Origin: Pseudomonadota bacterium
Lineage (GTDB): Bacteria > Myxococcota > JACRCW01 > JAFGSX01
Reading direction: 5' to 3'
Assembly (NCBI GenBank): GCA_043821645.1
Contig: JBDRCO010000043.1
Location: 32,001-96,000, forward strand
Length of the DNA stretch: 64,000 bases
Positions 37,044 through 47,001 of the stretch are shown here, in pieces. A program made the translations under genes and the position numbers. Position 1 is the stretch's first letter. The number at the start of each line of letters is the position of its first letter. A model generated the notes under the pieces. The model was not told where the DNA came from. It saw nothing but the letters and a program-made list of their open reading frames with translations, and ran no database searches.

Positions 37044-39269
37044 CTACTGGCAGTGCTGCTGCAGGCGACGCGCAAGCGCGCCCTGGAAGGGACTGCTGGG
37101 CAGGCACAGGGGTTCGGCCTGGCGCCAGCGACTGCAGGCCTCGTCCTGTTTTCCGAGCTGCAACGAGATCATCCCGGCGTCGAAGAGCTGCTCGACCTGG
37201 GGATCGAGCGCGCTGGCGAGCTTCTTCATGCGCCGGCCTATCACCGGGTCAAAGGGGTTGATGCCCTGGGCGCGACGCAGTGTCGCTGCAGCCTCTGCCA
37301 GATCATCGCTCTCCTCCTGCTGCTGCGCCTGCGCGAGCAGAGGGGCCACCTCCTGCTGCAAGGCGGCCAGGATCTCGTCGCTGCGCTCGCGTGCCTGGCT
37401 CGCGATCGCGCCGTGCGGAGCTGCGGCAGCGGCCTTTTGAAGTGTGCGCACCGCGGCCACGCGTTCCCCACGCTCGGCCTCGGCCAGACCCTGGTCGAGC
37501 AGGGCCTGGGCCGCGCTGGTGTCGACGGGGACCGCAGGCCGTGGCTCCGCAGGACGCTTCACGGAGCGTGGTGGCCTGGGCCGGACGGGCCTGTCGTCGT
37601 CCACCGCTTTCGCGGGCTCCGCTGACGGGTCCGGTGCGTCCCCGGGCTCGACAGCTGCCGTGGGCCCGACGGCTGCGGCGGGCTCGTCGCCGCTGTGCTC
37701 GGGCGTGTCAGGTTGCGGGATCGCAGCCGCCACCGCAGGTTCCTCGCCATCCCCGGCACCCTCGGCCGGCGGAGTCTCGCCAGCCCCCGGAGCATCCGCG
37801 GGAGGTTGCTCGGCCACCGGCTCGTCCGTCGTGGTCGGCGCGGCGGGTTCCTCCAAAGTGGGAACCGACGTGCCCGGCACGGCAGATGGAACAAGCGCGG
37901 TGGCCTGGGGGGGCGCTCCGCTCAGCAGAGCCTCACCCCACAGCAGGTAGACACCGCCCGCCAGTCCACCCAGCGCCACCAGCACCGCAGCGACGATGCC
38001 CAGGGTGGCCACAGCGGAGCGCCTCGGCACCGAGATCGCCGGGAGTTCCGGATGTGTGGGTTGCGACGCGACCGGGTCGAAGTTCGGCGCCTGCTGCCAG
38101 GGCAGGGACGCGTCCAGGGTGGACTCGGAGGCGTCGAAGATGGGCGGCACGAACAGCGGAGGTCTGCTGTCGGCGCTGTCCTGTGGCGGCTCGGCAGGTC
38201 GCTGCAGCTTGGTCTCGGCGTCGTGCTCGTCATGCTCCGGGTCTGTCTCGTACCCGGGCATCTCCTGCATCGCCGTGGGTGTGAACAGAGGCGCGGGCAC
38301 CGCCGCGGCGGTCTCCATCTCGGCGACCTCAGGTTCGAGAGGTCTGAGCAGCGGAGAATCCATGCGCAGGGAGGGTAGCTCCGGCGCGGTCGGCGCGATT
38401 CGCGCCTCGGGAACAGGCGCCAGGACGGTCTCGGCGTTGACGATGGAGGCGCTGCGCGGCACCGGCACTGGACGCGCTGCGGAGACCGTGTCAGCCGAGG
38501 ACAGGGCGGGCGCCATGACCACGGCTCCCGCAGCCTCGCGAGCCGGCAGCAGGGCCACGCCCTCGCTGCTGTGGACCTCGAACACAGCATTGCCCACCAG
38601 CACCCGATCACCCAGCCCCAGGGTGGTCTGCTCGATGCGCTGGCCGCCAACATAGGTGCCGACGGTGCTGCCGAGGTCGCGCACCACCAGGCTGTCGTGG
38701 CCGAGTTCGAACACGGCGTGGCGCCGACTGACATGGGGTTCTGGCAAGAAGATGTCGCACTCGGCGCCGCGGCCGATGAAGCTCTGGCCAAACTCGAGCG
38801 TGTAGCGATTCTGGGGCGCGCTTCCCTTGACCAGGCGCAGCTCGACCCGGGGCGGCGGCAAGATGCGCGTGGACTCCTCGGTCGCGCGGTCGACCACGGT
38901 GTGCTGCTCGCCTTCGGCGTCGCGCTCGATGCGCGTCAGCTCGAGCTCGAAGGGGGGGATGCCGAGACGCTCGCCAGGCTCGATCTCGGCCAGGCGCACG
39001 CGCTGGCTGCGCCAGATGACCCCGTTGGCCGAGCCCATGTCCTCGATGCCGGCCCCCTCGGCACTGATCGTCAGGTTCGCGTGCATGCGCGATACCGCGT
39101 CATCGTCCAGGCAGATGGCGCAGGAGTCGAGGCGACCAATGGAGTAGGCACCACTGACCAGGTGCAGGGAGCCGATCTTCACCCCGTGGCGGTAGATGGT
39201 CAAAATGTACAGGGCGTTGTCCGAGCTCTCGCCCGTACCACCCACACTGCCGATGCGACCCCCAGACAT
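37044..39269 (-). CDS. Double FHA domain / TM / TPR protein
   Basis: IGR...C.I.L.D..VSR.HA..ED.GS.NG and IGRG.EC.I...VSRRHA..DLGS..GT FHA motifs; TM; Pro-rich; TPR tail. Confidence 0.85.
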   Translation of the reverse strand: MSGGRIGSVGGTGESSDNALYILTIYRHGVKIGSLHLVSGAYSIGRLDSCAICLDDDAVSRMHANLTISAEGAGIEDMGSANGVIWRSQRVRLAEIEPGERLGIPPFELELTRIERDAEGEQHTVVDRATEESTRILPPPRVELRLVKGSAPQNRYTLEFGQSFIGRGAECDIFLPEPHVSRRHAVFELGHDSLVVRDLGSTVGTYVGGQRIEQTTLGLGDRVLVGNAVFEVHSSEGVALLPAREAAGAVVMAPALSSADTVSAARPVPVPRSASIVNAETVLAPVPEARIAPTAPELPSLRMDSPLLRPLEPEVAEMETAAAVPAPLFTPTAMQEMPGYETDPEHDEHDAETKLQRPAEPPQDSADSRPPLFVPPIFDASESTLDASLPWQQAPNFDPVASQPTHPELPAISVPRRSAVATLGIVAAVLVALGGLAGGVYLLWGEALLSGAPPQATALVPSAVPGTSVPTLEEPAAPTTTDEPVAEQPPADAPGAGETPPAEGAGDGEEPAVAAAIPQPDTPEHSGDEPAAAVGPTAAVEPGDAPDPSAEPAKAVDDDRPVRPRPPRSVKRPAEPRPAVPVDTSAAQALLDQGLAEAERGERVAAVRTLQKAAAAAPHGAIASQARERSDEILAALQQEVAPLLAQAQQQEESDDLAEAAATLRRAQGINPFDPVIGRRMKKLASALDPQVEQLFDAGMISLQLGKQDEACSRWRQAEPLCLPSSPFQGALARRLQQHCQ

Positions 39270-39334
39270 GGTATACAACCTATCGCGGCCAGCCCCGGGA
39301 TGGCCAGCGACTGGATGACAGGAGCGAGGAGACC

Positions 39335-39934
39335 ATGGTCGGACACCGGTTCCACTCAGGGTTCGCTCTGGCACTGGCGACGGTCCTGGGGGCCCTGCCC
39401 GCGACGAGCCGAGCGGCCGAGCCCCTGCGACCGCGCGTCTGTGTGGTGAGTGTGAGCCTGCCCGAAGGGAGCAGCGACAAGGCGACGGCGCAGCTGGTGC
39501 AAGCCCTGGAGCAAGCCCTCGAGCGCAACCGCGACGTTGAACTGGTCAAGCACGAGCGCTTTGTCCAGGTCGCCACCGAGCGCCAGCTGAGTGCCGAGCA
39601 ATGGTCCTCGGCGGAGAACCTGAACCAGCTGGGCAGTGCCCTCGAGTTGAACGCGGTGGTGCTGGCGTGGGTGTCACGCCACGGCAAGAAGTTCCGCTTG
39701 CTGGTCGGAGCCGTGGACCCCCTCGACGGAGGCCAGATGGCGACGGCCTCGACCGTGCTTCCCGCACCACGCGTCGACAAGAAGAACGCCCGCGCGGTGA
39801 CCACCACCCTGGTGCGCGACCTGCGGGCCTGGATCGCGGCAGACCTGGCCACGCCGCCACCTCCACCCGGCGCTGCTGCGCCCGTCGAGGCCACAACACC
39901 GCCCCCGCCCCCACCGCCGCCGGTGGTGCCCTAG
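39335..39934 (+). CDS. Hypothetical secreted protein with poly-Pro tail
   Basis: GAGGAG RBS; signal peptide; alpha/beta domain. Confidence 0.6.
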   Translation: MVGHRFHSGFALALATVLGALPATSRAAEPLRPRVCVVSVSLPEGSSDKATAQLVQALEQALERNRDVELVKHERFVQVATERQLSAEQWSSAENLNQLGSALELNAVVLAWVSRHGKKFRLLVGAVDPLDGGQMATASTVLPAPRVDKKNARAVTTTLVRDLRAWIAADLATPPPPPGAAAPVEATTPPPPPPPPVVP

Positions 39935-39984
39935 TCTCGACCCGGTATTCGGGATCGCGCCGGGTGTGCCGCCGGCCGGGATGC

Positions 39985-41226
39985 TCAGTCCGACGACGCC
40001 TCGCGCATCGCCGGCACACCGAAACGTCGCTCGACCTCGCTGAAGTAGTCGAGCACCTGGCGCACGTAGCCGCGCTTCGACAGGTAGCTCCCGGGGTAGA
40101 AGCTGCGCTTGAAGCCGTGCAGGATGACGGCGCGCAGATCTTTTTGCGTGAAACCCAGGTGCTCGACGGCCAGTTCCAGCTCTCGGGTCACCGTGGTGCG
40201 GCTCACCGTTCGATTGTCGGTGCAGATCGAGACGCTCAGGCGCGCGGCGCGCTGCTTGCGCAGGCTGTGCTGCGACAGGGTCTCGAGCTGCGGGATGGTC
40301 TGCAGGTTACTGGTCAGGCAGACCTCGAGCATGATGCGTCGGTCCGCGATGTACTGGGCCAGCGCCGTCACGAACTGCTCGCGATCCTTGATGTCCGGGT
40401 CGGTCACGTGGTCCGCCTCGAGCAGGAAGGTGCCGTGACCGATGCGGTCTGCGTGCAGACTGGTGATGGCGAGGAAGATGCTCTCGGGCCCGTAGGCCTC
40501 GCCGGCGTGCACGGTCTTCTTCAGGAAGTGCTGGTGCGCGTAGTCGTAAGCGGCCTTGTGATCGTCCGGAGGGTAGCCTGCCTCCTCGCCTGCGAGGTCG
40601 AAACCCACCACGGCCAGGCCATGCTTGTCGCGCGCCTCGACCGCGGCGCGAGCCAGCTCCAGGGAAGCGGCGGCATACACCTCGCGCTCGGGCGTGAACT
40701 GGTGCGCGCGGATCAGGTTGTTGTAGTACTCGCTGAAGCCTTCGGTGAAGCGGCGCATGGCACAGACGATGATCCCGTAGACAAAGGGCGGCTCCTTGCC
40801 GGCCTGGATCTCGGGCTTGCGATTGAACTCCTCGGCGGCGCGGCGCAGGCCGCGATCCACGGCCTTGAGCACCGGCACGAAGCCCAGGTGCTTGTGCATG
40901 TGCAGCTGTGGCGCGAAGCGCACCTCGACGTAGCGCACGCCCTCCTGCTGGTTGTCCTCGGCCAGCTCGAAGGCAATGCGCTCGAGGGCAGTCTCGGTCT
41001 GCATGACCTTGCAGGTGTAGCTGAAGCCATGCAGATACTCACCGAGCGAAGCGTAGCGCTCCTTGAATACTTTTTCATACAGGCCCTGCTCGGTGTAGGC
41101 CGGCAAGGTCACGCCGTAGTCGCGCGCCAGCTCGATCAGGGTGCTCGGCCGGATCGACCCATCCAGGTGCACATGTAGATCGCTCTTGGGGAGGGCCAGC
41201 AAGAATTCACGGGAGATCTTTTCCAT
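39985..41226 (-). CDS. add: Adenosine deaminase family protein
   Basis: LPKSDLHVHLDGS, EVRFAP, GFDLAGEE, TVHAGEA, RIGHG, EVCLTSN, ICTDN. Confidence 0.92.
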   Translation of the reverse strand: MEKISREFLLALPKSDLHVHLDGSIRPSTLIELARDYGVTLPAYTEQGLYEKVFKERYASLGEYLHGFSYTCKVMQTETALERIAFELAEDNQQEGVRYVEVRFAPQLHMHKHLGFVPVLKAVDRGLRRAAEEFNRKPEIQAGKEPPFVYGIIVCAMRRFTEGFSEYYNNLIRAHQFTPEREVYAAASLELARAAVEARDKHGLAVVGFDLAGEEAGYPPDDHKAAYDYAHQHFLKKTVHAGEAYGPESIFLAITSLHADRIGHGTFLLEADHVTDPDIKDREQFVTALAQYIADRRIMLEVCLTSNLQTIPQLETLSQHSLRKQRAARLSVSICTDNRTVSRTTVTRELELAVEHLGFTQKDLRAVILHGFKRSFYPGSYLSKRGYVRQVLDYFSEVERRFGVPAMREASSD

Positions 41227-41356
41227 GACAGATCTTTAGTCGAAGCGGAGTGGCCGCGCCACTTTCAGGTTGCGGGTACATTCCGAGACCGGGAGCCCCG
41301 GGGTGTTCGCCGCACCGCGCCTTGCATTGGGGGCACTGATCACGGATACCTCGGCC

Positions 41357-42220
41357 ATGCTGCGCATCATCCTCGGATACGTCGGCACCCTCAGTGGCCT
41401 CGTGCTGACCTTCTTCTGGGGCACCCTGGCCGCGCTGGGTTATCCCCTCGGCGGTCAGCGCTTTGCCATCTGGTGCGCCCACATGTGGGGGCGCACGGTG
41501 CTGCGCGCGGGCAACGTGCTGGTGGCCGTGCGCGGCGGCGATCAGCTCGACCTCAGCCGGCCGCACCTGTACGTGTCCAACCACCAGAGCGGCCTGGACA
41601 TCCTGGTGCTGTGCGGGCACCTGCCGCAGCGCGTGGTCTTCGTCGCCAAGAAGGAGCTGGCTCGCGTGCCCTTCGTGGGCTGGGGCCTCAAGCTCGGGGG
41701 CCACGTGCTCATCGACCGCGCGGACCGCAGCCAGTCCTATTCCGCCCTCGAGGCCGCCGGGGCCGAGGTGCGCGCCGGCAAGAGCGTGATCATCTTCCCC
41801 GAGGGCACGCGCAGTCCGCCCCGCGAGCTGTGGCCGTTCAAGCGCGGCGCCATGATGCTGGCGCGGGCCGCGAGGGTGCCCATCGTGCCTGTCGGCATCG
41901 TGGGCTCCGCCGAGCGCATGAAGGCGCGGCAGATTTACACCACCCCGGGTCTGGTGGGTGTGCGCATCGGTCAGCCCATCCTGCCCGAGGACTTTGACGA
42001 CGACGATCACGTGCTGATCGAGCGCGTGCGCACCGAGATCGCCAGGCTGGCCGGGTCCAGCGCCGCCAAGGTGTTGCCGGCGAGGGGGCCGCACAGCAGG
42101 CGCGCGGTGAAGAAGGACCAGGGCGCGCCGGATGAGGGAGGGTCAGAGCAGCCGACGGTGGACAAGACAGGCGACGCCACGGAGCTCAGCGCCGAGGAGG
42201 GATCAACGCCCGTTCCCTAG
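41357..42220 (+). CDS. plsC: 1-acyl-sn-glycerol-3-phosphate acyltransferase
   Basis: SNHQSGLD, FVAKKEL, IDR, FPEGTRS, PIVPV. Confidence 0.92.
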   Translation: MLRIILGYVGTLSGLVLTFFWGTLAALGYPLGGQRFAIWCAHMWGRTVLRAGNVLVAVRGGDQLDLSRPHLYVSNHQSGLDILVLCGHLPQRVVFVAKKELARVPFVGWGLKLGGHVLIDRADRSQSYSALEAAGAEVRAGKSVIIFPEGTRSPPRELWPFKRGAMMLARAARVPIVPVGIVGSAERMKARQIYTTPGLVGVRIGQPILPEDFDDDDHVLIERVRTEIARLAGSSAAKVLPARGPHSRRAVKKDQGAPDEGGSEQPTVDKTGDATELSAEEGSTPVP

Positions 42221-45200
42221 CCGCGCCAGACCGTGGCTGGTCAACACCAGCAGTTCGCCGCGGTGCTCGATCACAGCGTTGACGTCGCGCACCGGCAGGC
42301 TCAGGTGCTCGACCTGCCCCGCCGCATCGACCCGCGCCGCGGGCATGCCCAGGCCCCCCACCCACAGCGTGCCGTCGACGATGGACAGACCCTGCGGCGG
42401 CACCCATTGCGCCTCGAGCCCCGCGATGGGCTCGACCCGAGCTCCGTCATAGCGATGGACGCCGCTGTCATAGGTGCCGATGAACAGGCTGCCGTCGTGA
42501 GCGCGCAGGCTGGTGACCCAGTTCACGCCAAAACCCTGGGCCGCGGTGATCGCGTCGAGGCCCGCGTCCTCGACCACGAACAACCCCTCCTTGGTGCCGG
42601 CATAAAGCTGTCCCTCGACCTCGGCCACGGCCATGAAACTTCGTGAGCCCAGGGCGCTCTGCGCATCCAGGCGTTGCAGAACATCATCGGCCTTCAGCAG
42701 GTAGAGCCCGCGCGCACTCGCCACCGCAAGGCCCTGCGCGGTCGACACCAGATCGTGCACCGCCACCTCGTCCAGCACGGTGCGCACCACCCGATCCTGG
42801 CGCGTGTCCACCGCCAGCAGTCCGCCCTCGCTACCCAGCCACAGCAGCCCGGCGTGCGAGGCCAGCACGTTGAGCCGCCGCTGCATGGGGTTCAGGCCGG
42901 GGGCGACACCCGTCAGCTCCTGCCCGTCGACGCGGAACAGACCCGAGTCGAGACCGGCCACGTACAGGGCGCCGTCGTGGTGCAGGGCGTGGCTCAGGTC
43001 CGGAGCTCCCCGGCGCACGTTGTCGAGGGCGCTGTCCACCGCGTTGAAGCGGCCGCGGTCATCGCGCACGAAGCGCCCGAAGCCACTGTGCACCTCGAGG
43101 CCGTGGGCCGTGCTCCACAGGCCCATCACATGCTTGTGGGCAAAGCGCGTGCGCACCGCGCGGCGTCCCCGCACCTGCCACAGCCCGGTGTAGGCCGTGC
43201 CCACGAACAGCGTGTCGTCGTGCCGCGCCAGGGCCGTGACAAAGCGTGAACCGACCCTGAGCGCGCTCCGCCGCAGTCGCTGGCCCCGCAGCTCGTACAG
43301 ACCCTGGCCCAGCACCGCCACCAGGACCCGACCATTGCCCAGAGGCTCGAGGCCGGTGACCGCGTGGTGCAGGTCCACACCGGCGATGCGGCGGGCTGTG
43401 CAGCGTGCGTCGCGGCAGCTCAGGCGCAACAGATCGCCGCCCTCGGTGCCGAGCAGGATCTCGTCGCGGCCACTGGCGAGCTGCGAACTGAGCTCGAGCG
43501 ATCGCAGGTTCAGGCCATGGTTCGAGAAGCGCCGTGGGCCGCGATCGGTGGTCAGCACCAGCTCGTCTCCGTCGAGGCTCAGCCCGCTCACCGAGTGCAT
43601 GCGCGCGGGGACGGCCAGCACTTTCCCGGTCGGCTCCGGGAGGGACTGCTGCACCGCCTGCACCTCGAGCTCGTCGCCCTGGCGGCGGCACGCAAAGGCA
43701 CTGCGGTTGCCCGCGCGGTCGCGCACATACACCGTGAAGGCCGCGGGCAGATCGGCGATGGCCACCAGCCAGCTCTGGCCCACGGGCGACAAGGTCAGGG
43801 CCTTTTTGTCGTCACCGTGGATGATCACCGAAGCCACCGCCGGGGTCTCGTCGCCGGTGACCACGCTGAGCAGGCCCTGCTCGGGCTCGAACAGCAGCGA
43901 AGCCTGCGGACCGCGCTCGTCGATCTGGTAAAAGGCGTGGGCCAGCTCGACCCGGCCGTCGTCGAAGTGCTTGAACACCTCGATGCGGTAGAAGGTGGCG
44001 CTCCAGCCGCGCGGCACCAGGAAGCGATCGGTGAAAGTGTCGAGCTCGGGGTCGTGCACCAGACGCCGCTTCTCACCAAAGGGATACCAGGCCACCACCT
44101 CGACCAGACCGGGTTCGCCGTGCACGGTGAGCACCGGGTCACCGGGCAGGGTGGCGGCCACGCTCAGCTCGGGGTCCACCGCATGCAGCGAGGTGAAGGC
44201 GGTGGGGATGCGCTCGCGCAGGCTGACCTGGATGATGCGCTGCTTGAGCGCGGCGTCGGGTTCGGCGCGGTACGTCTGCATCCAGCTCGCGAGCAGGCGC
44301 CCGTACACGCTGCGCTGCACCGACGCGGCAGCGTCGCTTCCAGGCTCGGGCGTGGTGATGGCGATGTGGCGCTCGATCTCGTGACCCTCGATGTCGAGCC
44401 GCACCGTGAGGGGCCCCAGCTCGTCGAGGAGCGCGTGCAGGCGCAGCAGTCCGCCCTCGGCCACCTGCAGCGCCGGGCTTCCGATCAGGCGCAGGTCGCG
44501 ACCGGCCTGGCGGATCCCCTGCACCAGCAGCACGGGCAGGGTGATCTGATCGGCGAGCTGCAAAAGCTTCGCCGGTGCGTCCCCTTCGGTCTGGAACAGC
44601 GCGGCGTTCGCCGGTACCTGGTCGGCAAAGAACGCGGCCTCGTGGGCATCCGCGAGCAGGATGGTGCGCAGCTCCGAGCGCGCCAGCTCGGCCAGGTCGG
44701 GCAGCTGCGGGTCGGTGACCAGGGCGCAGCGAACCTCGCTCAGACCACAGCCCAGGCGCTGTGCCGCGCGCTCCAGATCGCTGGCCGAGGTCGCGACCCA
44801 GGGCTGGTCTTGCAGGGCCCGCACCAGGGTATCGGGGTTCTCGCCGTCCAGGTTCTGCAGCAGGCGTTCGCCCACCACGTGCAGCTCCACCGGCACCGGC
44901 GACTGGTCCAGCACCCGCTCGATCAGAGTGCGCAGGCTGGCGCCGCGGCGGCGCAGCGAGGGGGAACCGTCGATGAGCAGGTGCAGCGATGTGTAGGGTG
45001 CCCGCCATTCGCCGCCGTCATACAGGGCGACCTGGATCTGCACGCCGTGGCGTGCGCCTTCCTCGGCCTCACCCTCGATCAGGGACACCGCCGCGGCGCG
45101 GGTCATCAGGGGCGGCATCTCCTCGTTCCACCACAGGTCCAGGGGCGTGCTGGCACTGAGCGCCAGGCTCACCCGCTGCGGCGAGCGCGCCAGCACCTGG

Positions 45201-45796
45201 GGCTTGTGACCCTCGACCCCGAAGCCAGCCAGGCGCGCCGCGGTCTCGATCTCGCACAGCACCGTCGACGGAGTGGCCGCTTGCCCCAGAAAGCTGTCGA
45301 CGGGAAGCGCCAGGTGAAAGCGCCCCATTTCCATCTCCACCGGAATGCTCAGCTCGACCTGGATGCGCTTTTGCTCCCCGGCGCGCAGCGGGAACACCGA
45401 GAAGCTCTGGATGTTGCGCTCCGCGGTGAGCAAGGCCGTGCTGCGACCCGCGGCCGCGGCAGCGTGGTGAGCGGCCTTGGCCTCGTCCTTCTCCTTGAGC
45501 TCGGCGCGCACCAGGCGGCCGTCGGAGTAGAAGCCAAAACCCGTGACCTGGGCGCCCTCGGGCAGCAGCAGCTGGTAGTCGGCCTGCCCAAGCTCCTCGC
45601 CGTCGTTGGCAAAGATCTGGGTCAGCTCGACGCGAGCCTCGTTGCCTGAGATGCGAGCGCGAATGGCCTGGCTCACCAGAGGCAACTGGCGCGCGGTGGT
45701 GAAGAGACCCGCAGGCCTGTCCTCCTGGGCAAGGGCCAGAGCGCAGATCACAAGGGCGACCACGACGACGACGGGGCGCGCGGTGTGGCGGTTCAT
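42203..45796 (-). CDS. VIT domain / vWA-like / beta-propeller secreted protein
   Basis: Signal peptide; VIT (ARVELTQIFAN..YQLLLPEGA.V..F), LIDGSPS MIDAS-like, PGDP..PFGE..RFLVP module, propeller repeats (LFVGT..GL). Confidence 0.75.
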   Translation of the reverse strand: MNRHTARPVVVVVALVICALALAQEDRPAGLFTTARQLPLVSQAIRARISGNEARVELTQIFANDGEELGQADYQLLLPEGAQVTGFGFYSDGRLVRAELKEKDEAKAAHHAAAAAGRSTALLTAERNIQSFSVFPLRAGEQKRIQVELSIPVEMEMGRFHLALPVDSFLGQAATPSTVLCEIETAARLAGFGVEGHKPQVLARSPQRVSLALSASTPLDLWWNEEMPPLMTRAAAVSLIEGEAEEGARHGVQIQVALYDGGEWRAPYTSLHLLIDGSPSLRRRGASLRTLIERVLDQSPVPVELHVVGERLLQNLDGENPDTLVRALQDQPWVATSASDLERAAQRLGCGLSEVRCALVTDPQLPDLAELARSELRTILLADAHEAAFFADQVPANAALFQTEGDAPAKLLQLADQITLPVLLVQGIRQAGRDLRLIGSPALQVAEGGLLRLHALLDELGPLTVRLDIEGHEIERHIAITTPEPGSDAAASVQRSVYGRLLASWMQTYRAEPDAALKQRIIQVSLRERIPTAFTSLHAVDPELSVAATLPGDPVLTVHGEPGLVEVVAWYPFGEKRRLVHDPELDTFTDRFLVPRGWSATFYRIEVFKHFDDGRVELAHAFYQIDERGPQASLLFEPEQGLLSVVTGDETPAVASVIIHGDDKKALTLSPVGQSWLVAIADLPAAFTVYVRDRAGNRSAFACRRQGDELEVQAVQQSLPEPTGKVLAVPARMHSVSGLSLDGDELVLTTDRGPRRFSNHGLNLRSLELSSQLASGRDEILLGTEGGDLLRLSCRDARCTARRIAGVDLHHAVTGLEPLGNGRVLVAVLGQGLYELRGQRLRRSALRVGSRFVTALARHDDTLFVGTAYTGLWQVRGRRAVRTRFAHKHVMGLWSTAHGLEVHSGFGRFVRDDRGRFNAVDSALDNVRRGAPDLSHALHHDGALYVAGLDSGLFRVDGQELTGVAPGLNPMQRRLNVLASHAGLLWLGSEGGLLAVDTRQDRVVRTVLDEVAVHDLVSTAQGLAVASARGLYLLKADDVLQRLDAQSALGSRSFMAVAEVEGQLYAGTKEGLFVVEDAGLDAITAAQGFGVNWVTSLRAHDGSLFIGTYDSGVHRYDGARVEPIAGLEAQWVPPQGLSIVDGTLWVGGLGMPAARVDAAGQVEHLSLPVRDVNAVIEHRGELLVLTSHGLARLGNGR

Positions 45797-46785
45797 GATG
45801 CACCTCCGAACTCGACGCGAATGGGAGTGGTGATGGGCAGGCAGCGATCGAGCAGGTACTCGGTGGCGCCGCCCACGCCCTGGGTCAGGTGCAGGCGAAG
45901 CTGCAGGTCGTCGTCGCTGGCCTCGAACACGGGAGCGCCGGCCAGGCCCGTACCCTCGGGCAGCACCAGGCTCACGGTGCAGGGCGCGCCGGTGGCCTTG
46001 CTGTGCGCAGCGTCGAGCCCGCCGTGATAGACCAGCACACCCGGAGCGTTGAGCGTGTCACGCCTGTCCACCTCGCGCGCCGTCACCGCGGTGCGCGGTG
46101 TTGGCTCGGGCTCGCGCGCCAGGGTGCGCATCATGGCCTCGGCCACGCCGCTGGTCTGGGTGCTGACGCGACCTATGTGTTGGTAGCTGCCCTCGCTCTG
46201 GTACGCGATGCGCCTGAAGAAGGCCACGCCCTCGCTGGGCAACGAACGGCAGCCGATGGCGTGGATGGCCACCTGCCTGTCGTGCGCCAGCTGCACGATC
46301 TGCTCGGGGGTCGGGTGCTGGTGGTAGTCGAGGTGCGGCGGCGCGTCGCCGATCAGGAAGATCTGGCGCTCGGTCCCCACACTGCGATCCCAGTTCATGC
46401 CGTTCAGGGCCACGTGCAGGCCAGACAGCACGTCCTCGGGGCCATCGCCGCCGCCGTCGGCCACCAGAGCGGCCAGGAAGCGCTGGCTCTGCTCCACATC
46501 CTCGGTCAGGGGGGCCTGCTTGGTGACGTACTGATCGCCCTGATCGCGGTAGGCCACGACACCCAGCCGCACCCGTTCCTGGGGACGCGAGGCGCGCAGG
46601 GCCTGACTGATCTGGACCACCCGCTCCTTGACCTCGCGCAGCTCGCCCGACATCGAGCCCGTGGTGTCGAGCACGAACACCACATCGAGGTCGGCGCGCG
46701 CTGGCCTCGCACTCGCCAGCACCAGCACCGCGCCCAGCATCGCCAGGCCCGCCCTCACCGCCGCTTGCCTTGCCCCTGCCTGCAT
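45793..46785 (-). CDS. Secreted vWA domain protein
   Basis: LDVVFVLDTTGSM, VAYRD, GGGDGPEDV, LIGDAPPH; AGGAGG RBS. Confidence 0.88.
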   Translation of the reverse strand: MQAGARQAAVRAGLAMLGAVLVLASARPARADLDVVFVLDTTGSMSGELREVKERVVQISQALRASRPQERVRLGVVAYRDQGDQYVTKQAPLTEDVEQSQRFLAALVADGGGDGPEDVLSGLHVALNGMNWDRSVGTERQIFLIGDAPPHLDYHQHPTPEQIVQLAHDRQVAIHAIGCRSLPSEGVAFFRRIAYQSEGSYQHIGRVSTQTSGVAEAMMRTLAREPEPTPRTAVTAREVDRRDTLNAPGVLVYHGGLDAAHSKATGAPCTVSLVLPEGTGLAGAPVFEASDDDLQLRLHLTQGVGGATEYLLDRCLPITTPIRVEFGGAS

Positions 46786-46830
46786 CGCCCACCTCCTGCC
46801 GCGGATCCGACCGCTGTTTCAGGGGGAAGT

Positions 46831-46846
46831 AGCGTGGGGCGTGCCA
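46831..46846 (-). promoter_or_regulatory. sigma54 -24/-12 promoter for vWA/VIT operon
   Basis: TGGCACGCCCCACGCT; IHF-like AT tract GAATGTATTGATG at 46871-46883. Confidence 0.6.
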
Positions 46847-46963
46847 GCCACGCGGCCGCGAATATACGTTGAATGTATTGATGAAATCGCCGTTCCGGCG
46901 GACCCGGGTGTCGGCGTCAGAACACGATAAATGGCTGCGTGATGCTCTTCGTAGATCAAAACC

Positions 46964-47001
46964 AAGCGTTCACGGCGACCGCCGTGGCAGACGCCTTATC
47001 A
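46964..47001 (-). other. SECIS-like hairpin 2 (after terminal UGA)
   Basis: UGA UAA GGC GUC UGC CAC GGC GGU C: stem CACGGC/GCCGUG, loop GGUC at 22-25, lower stem AGGCGU/ACGCUU. Confidence 0.6.
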
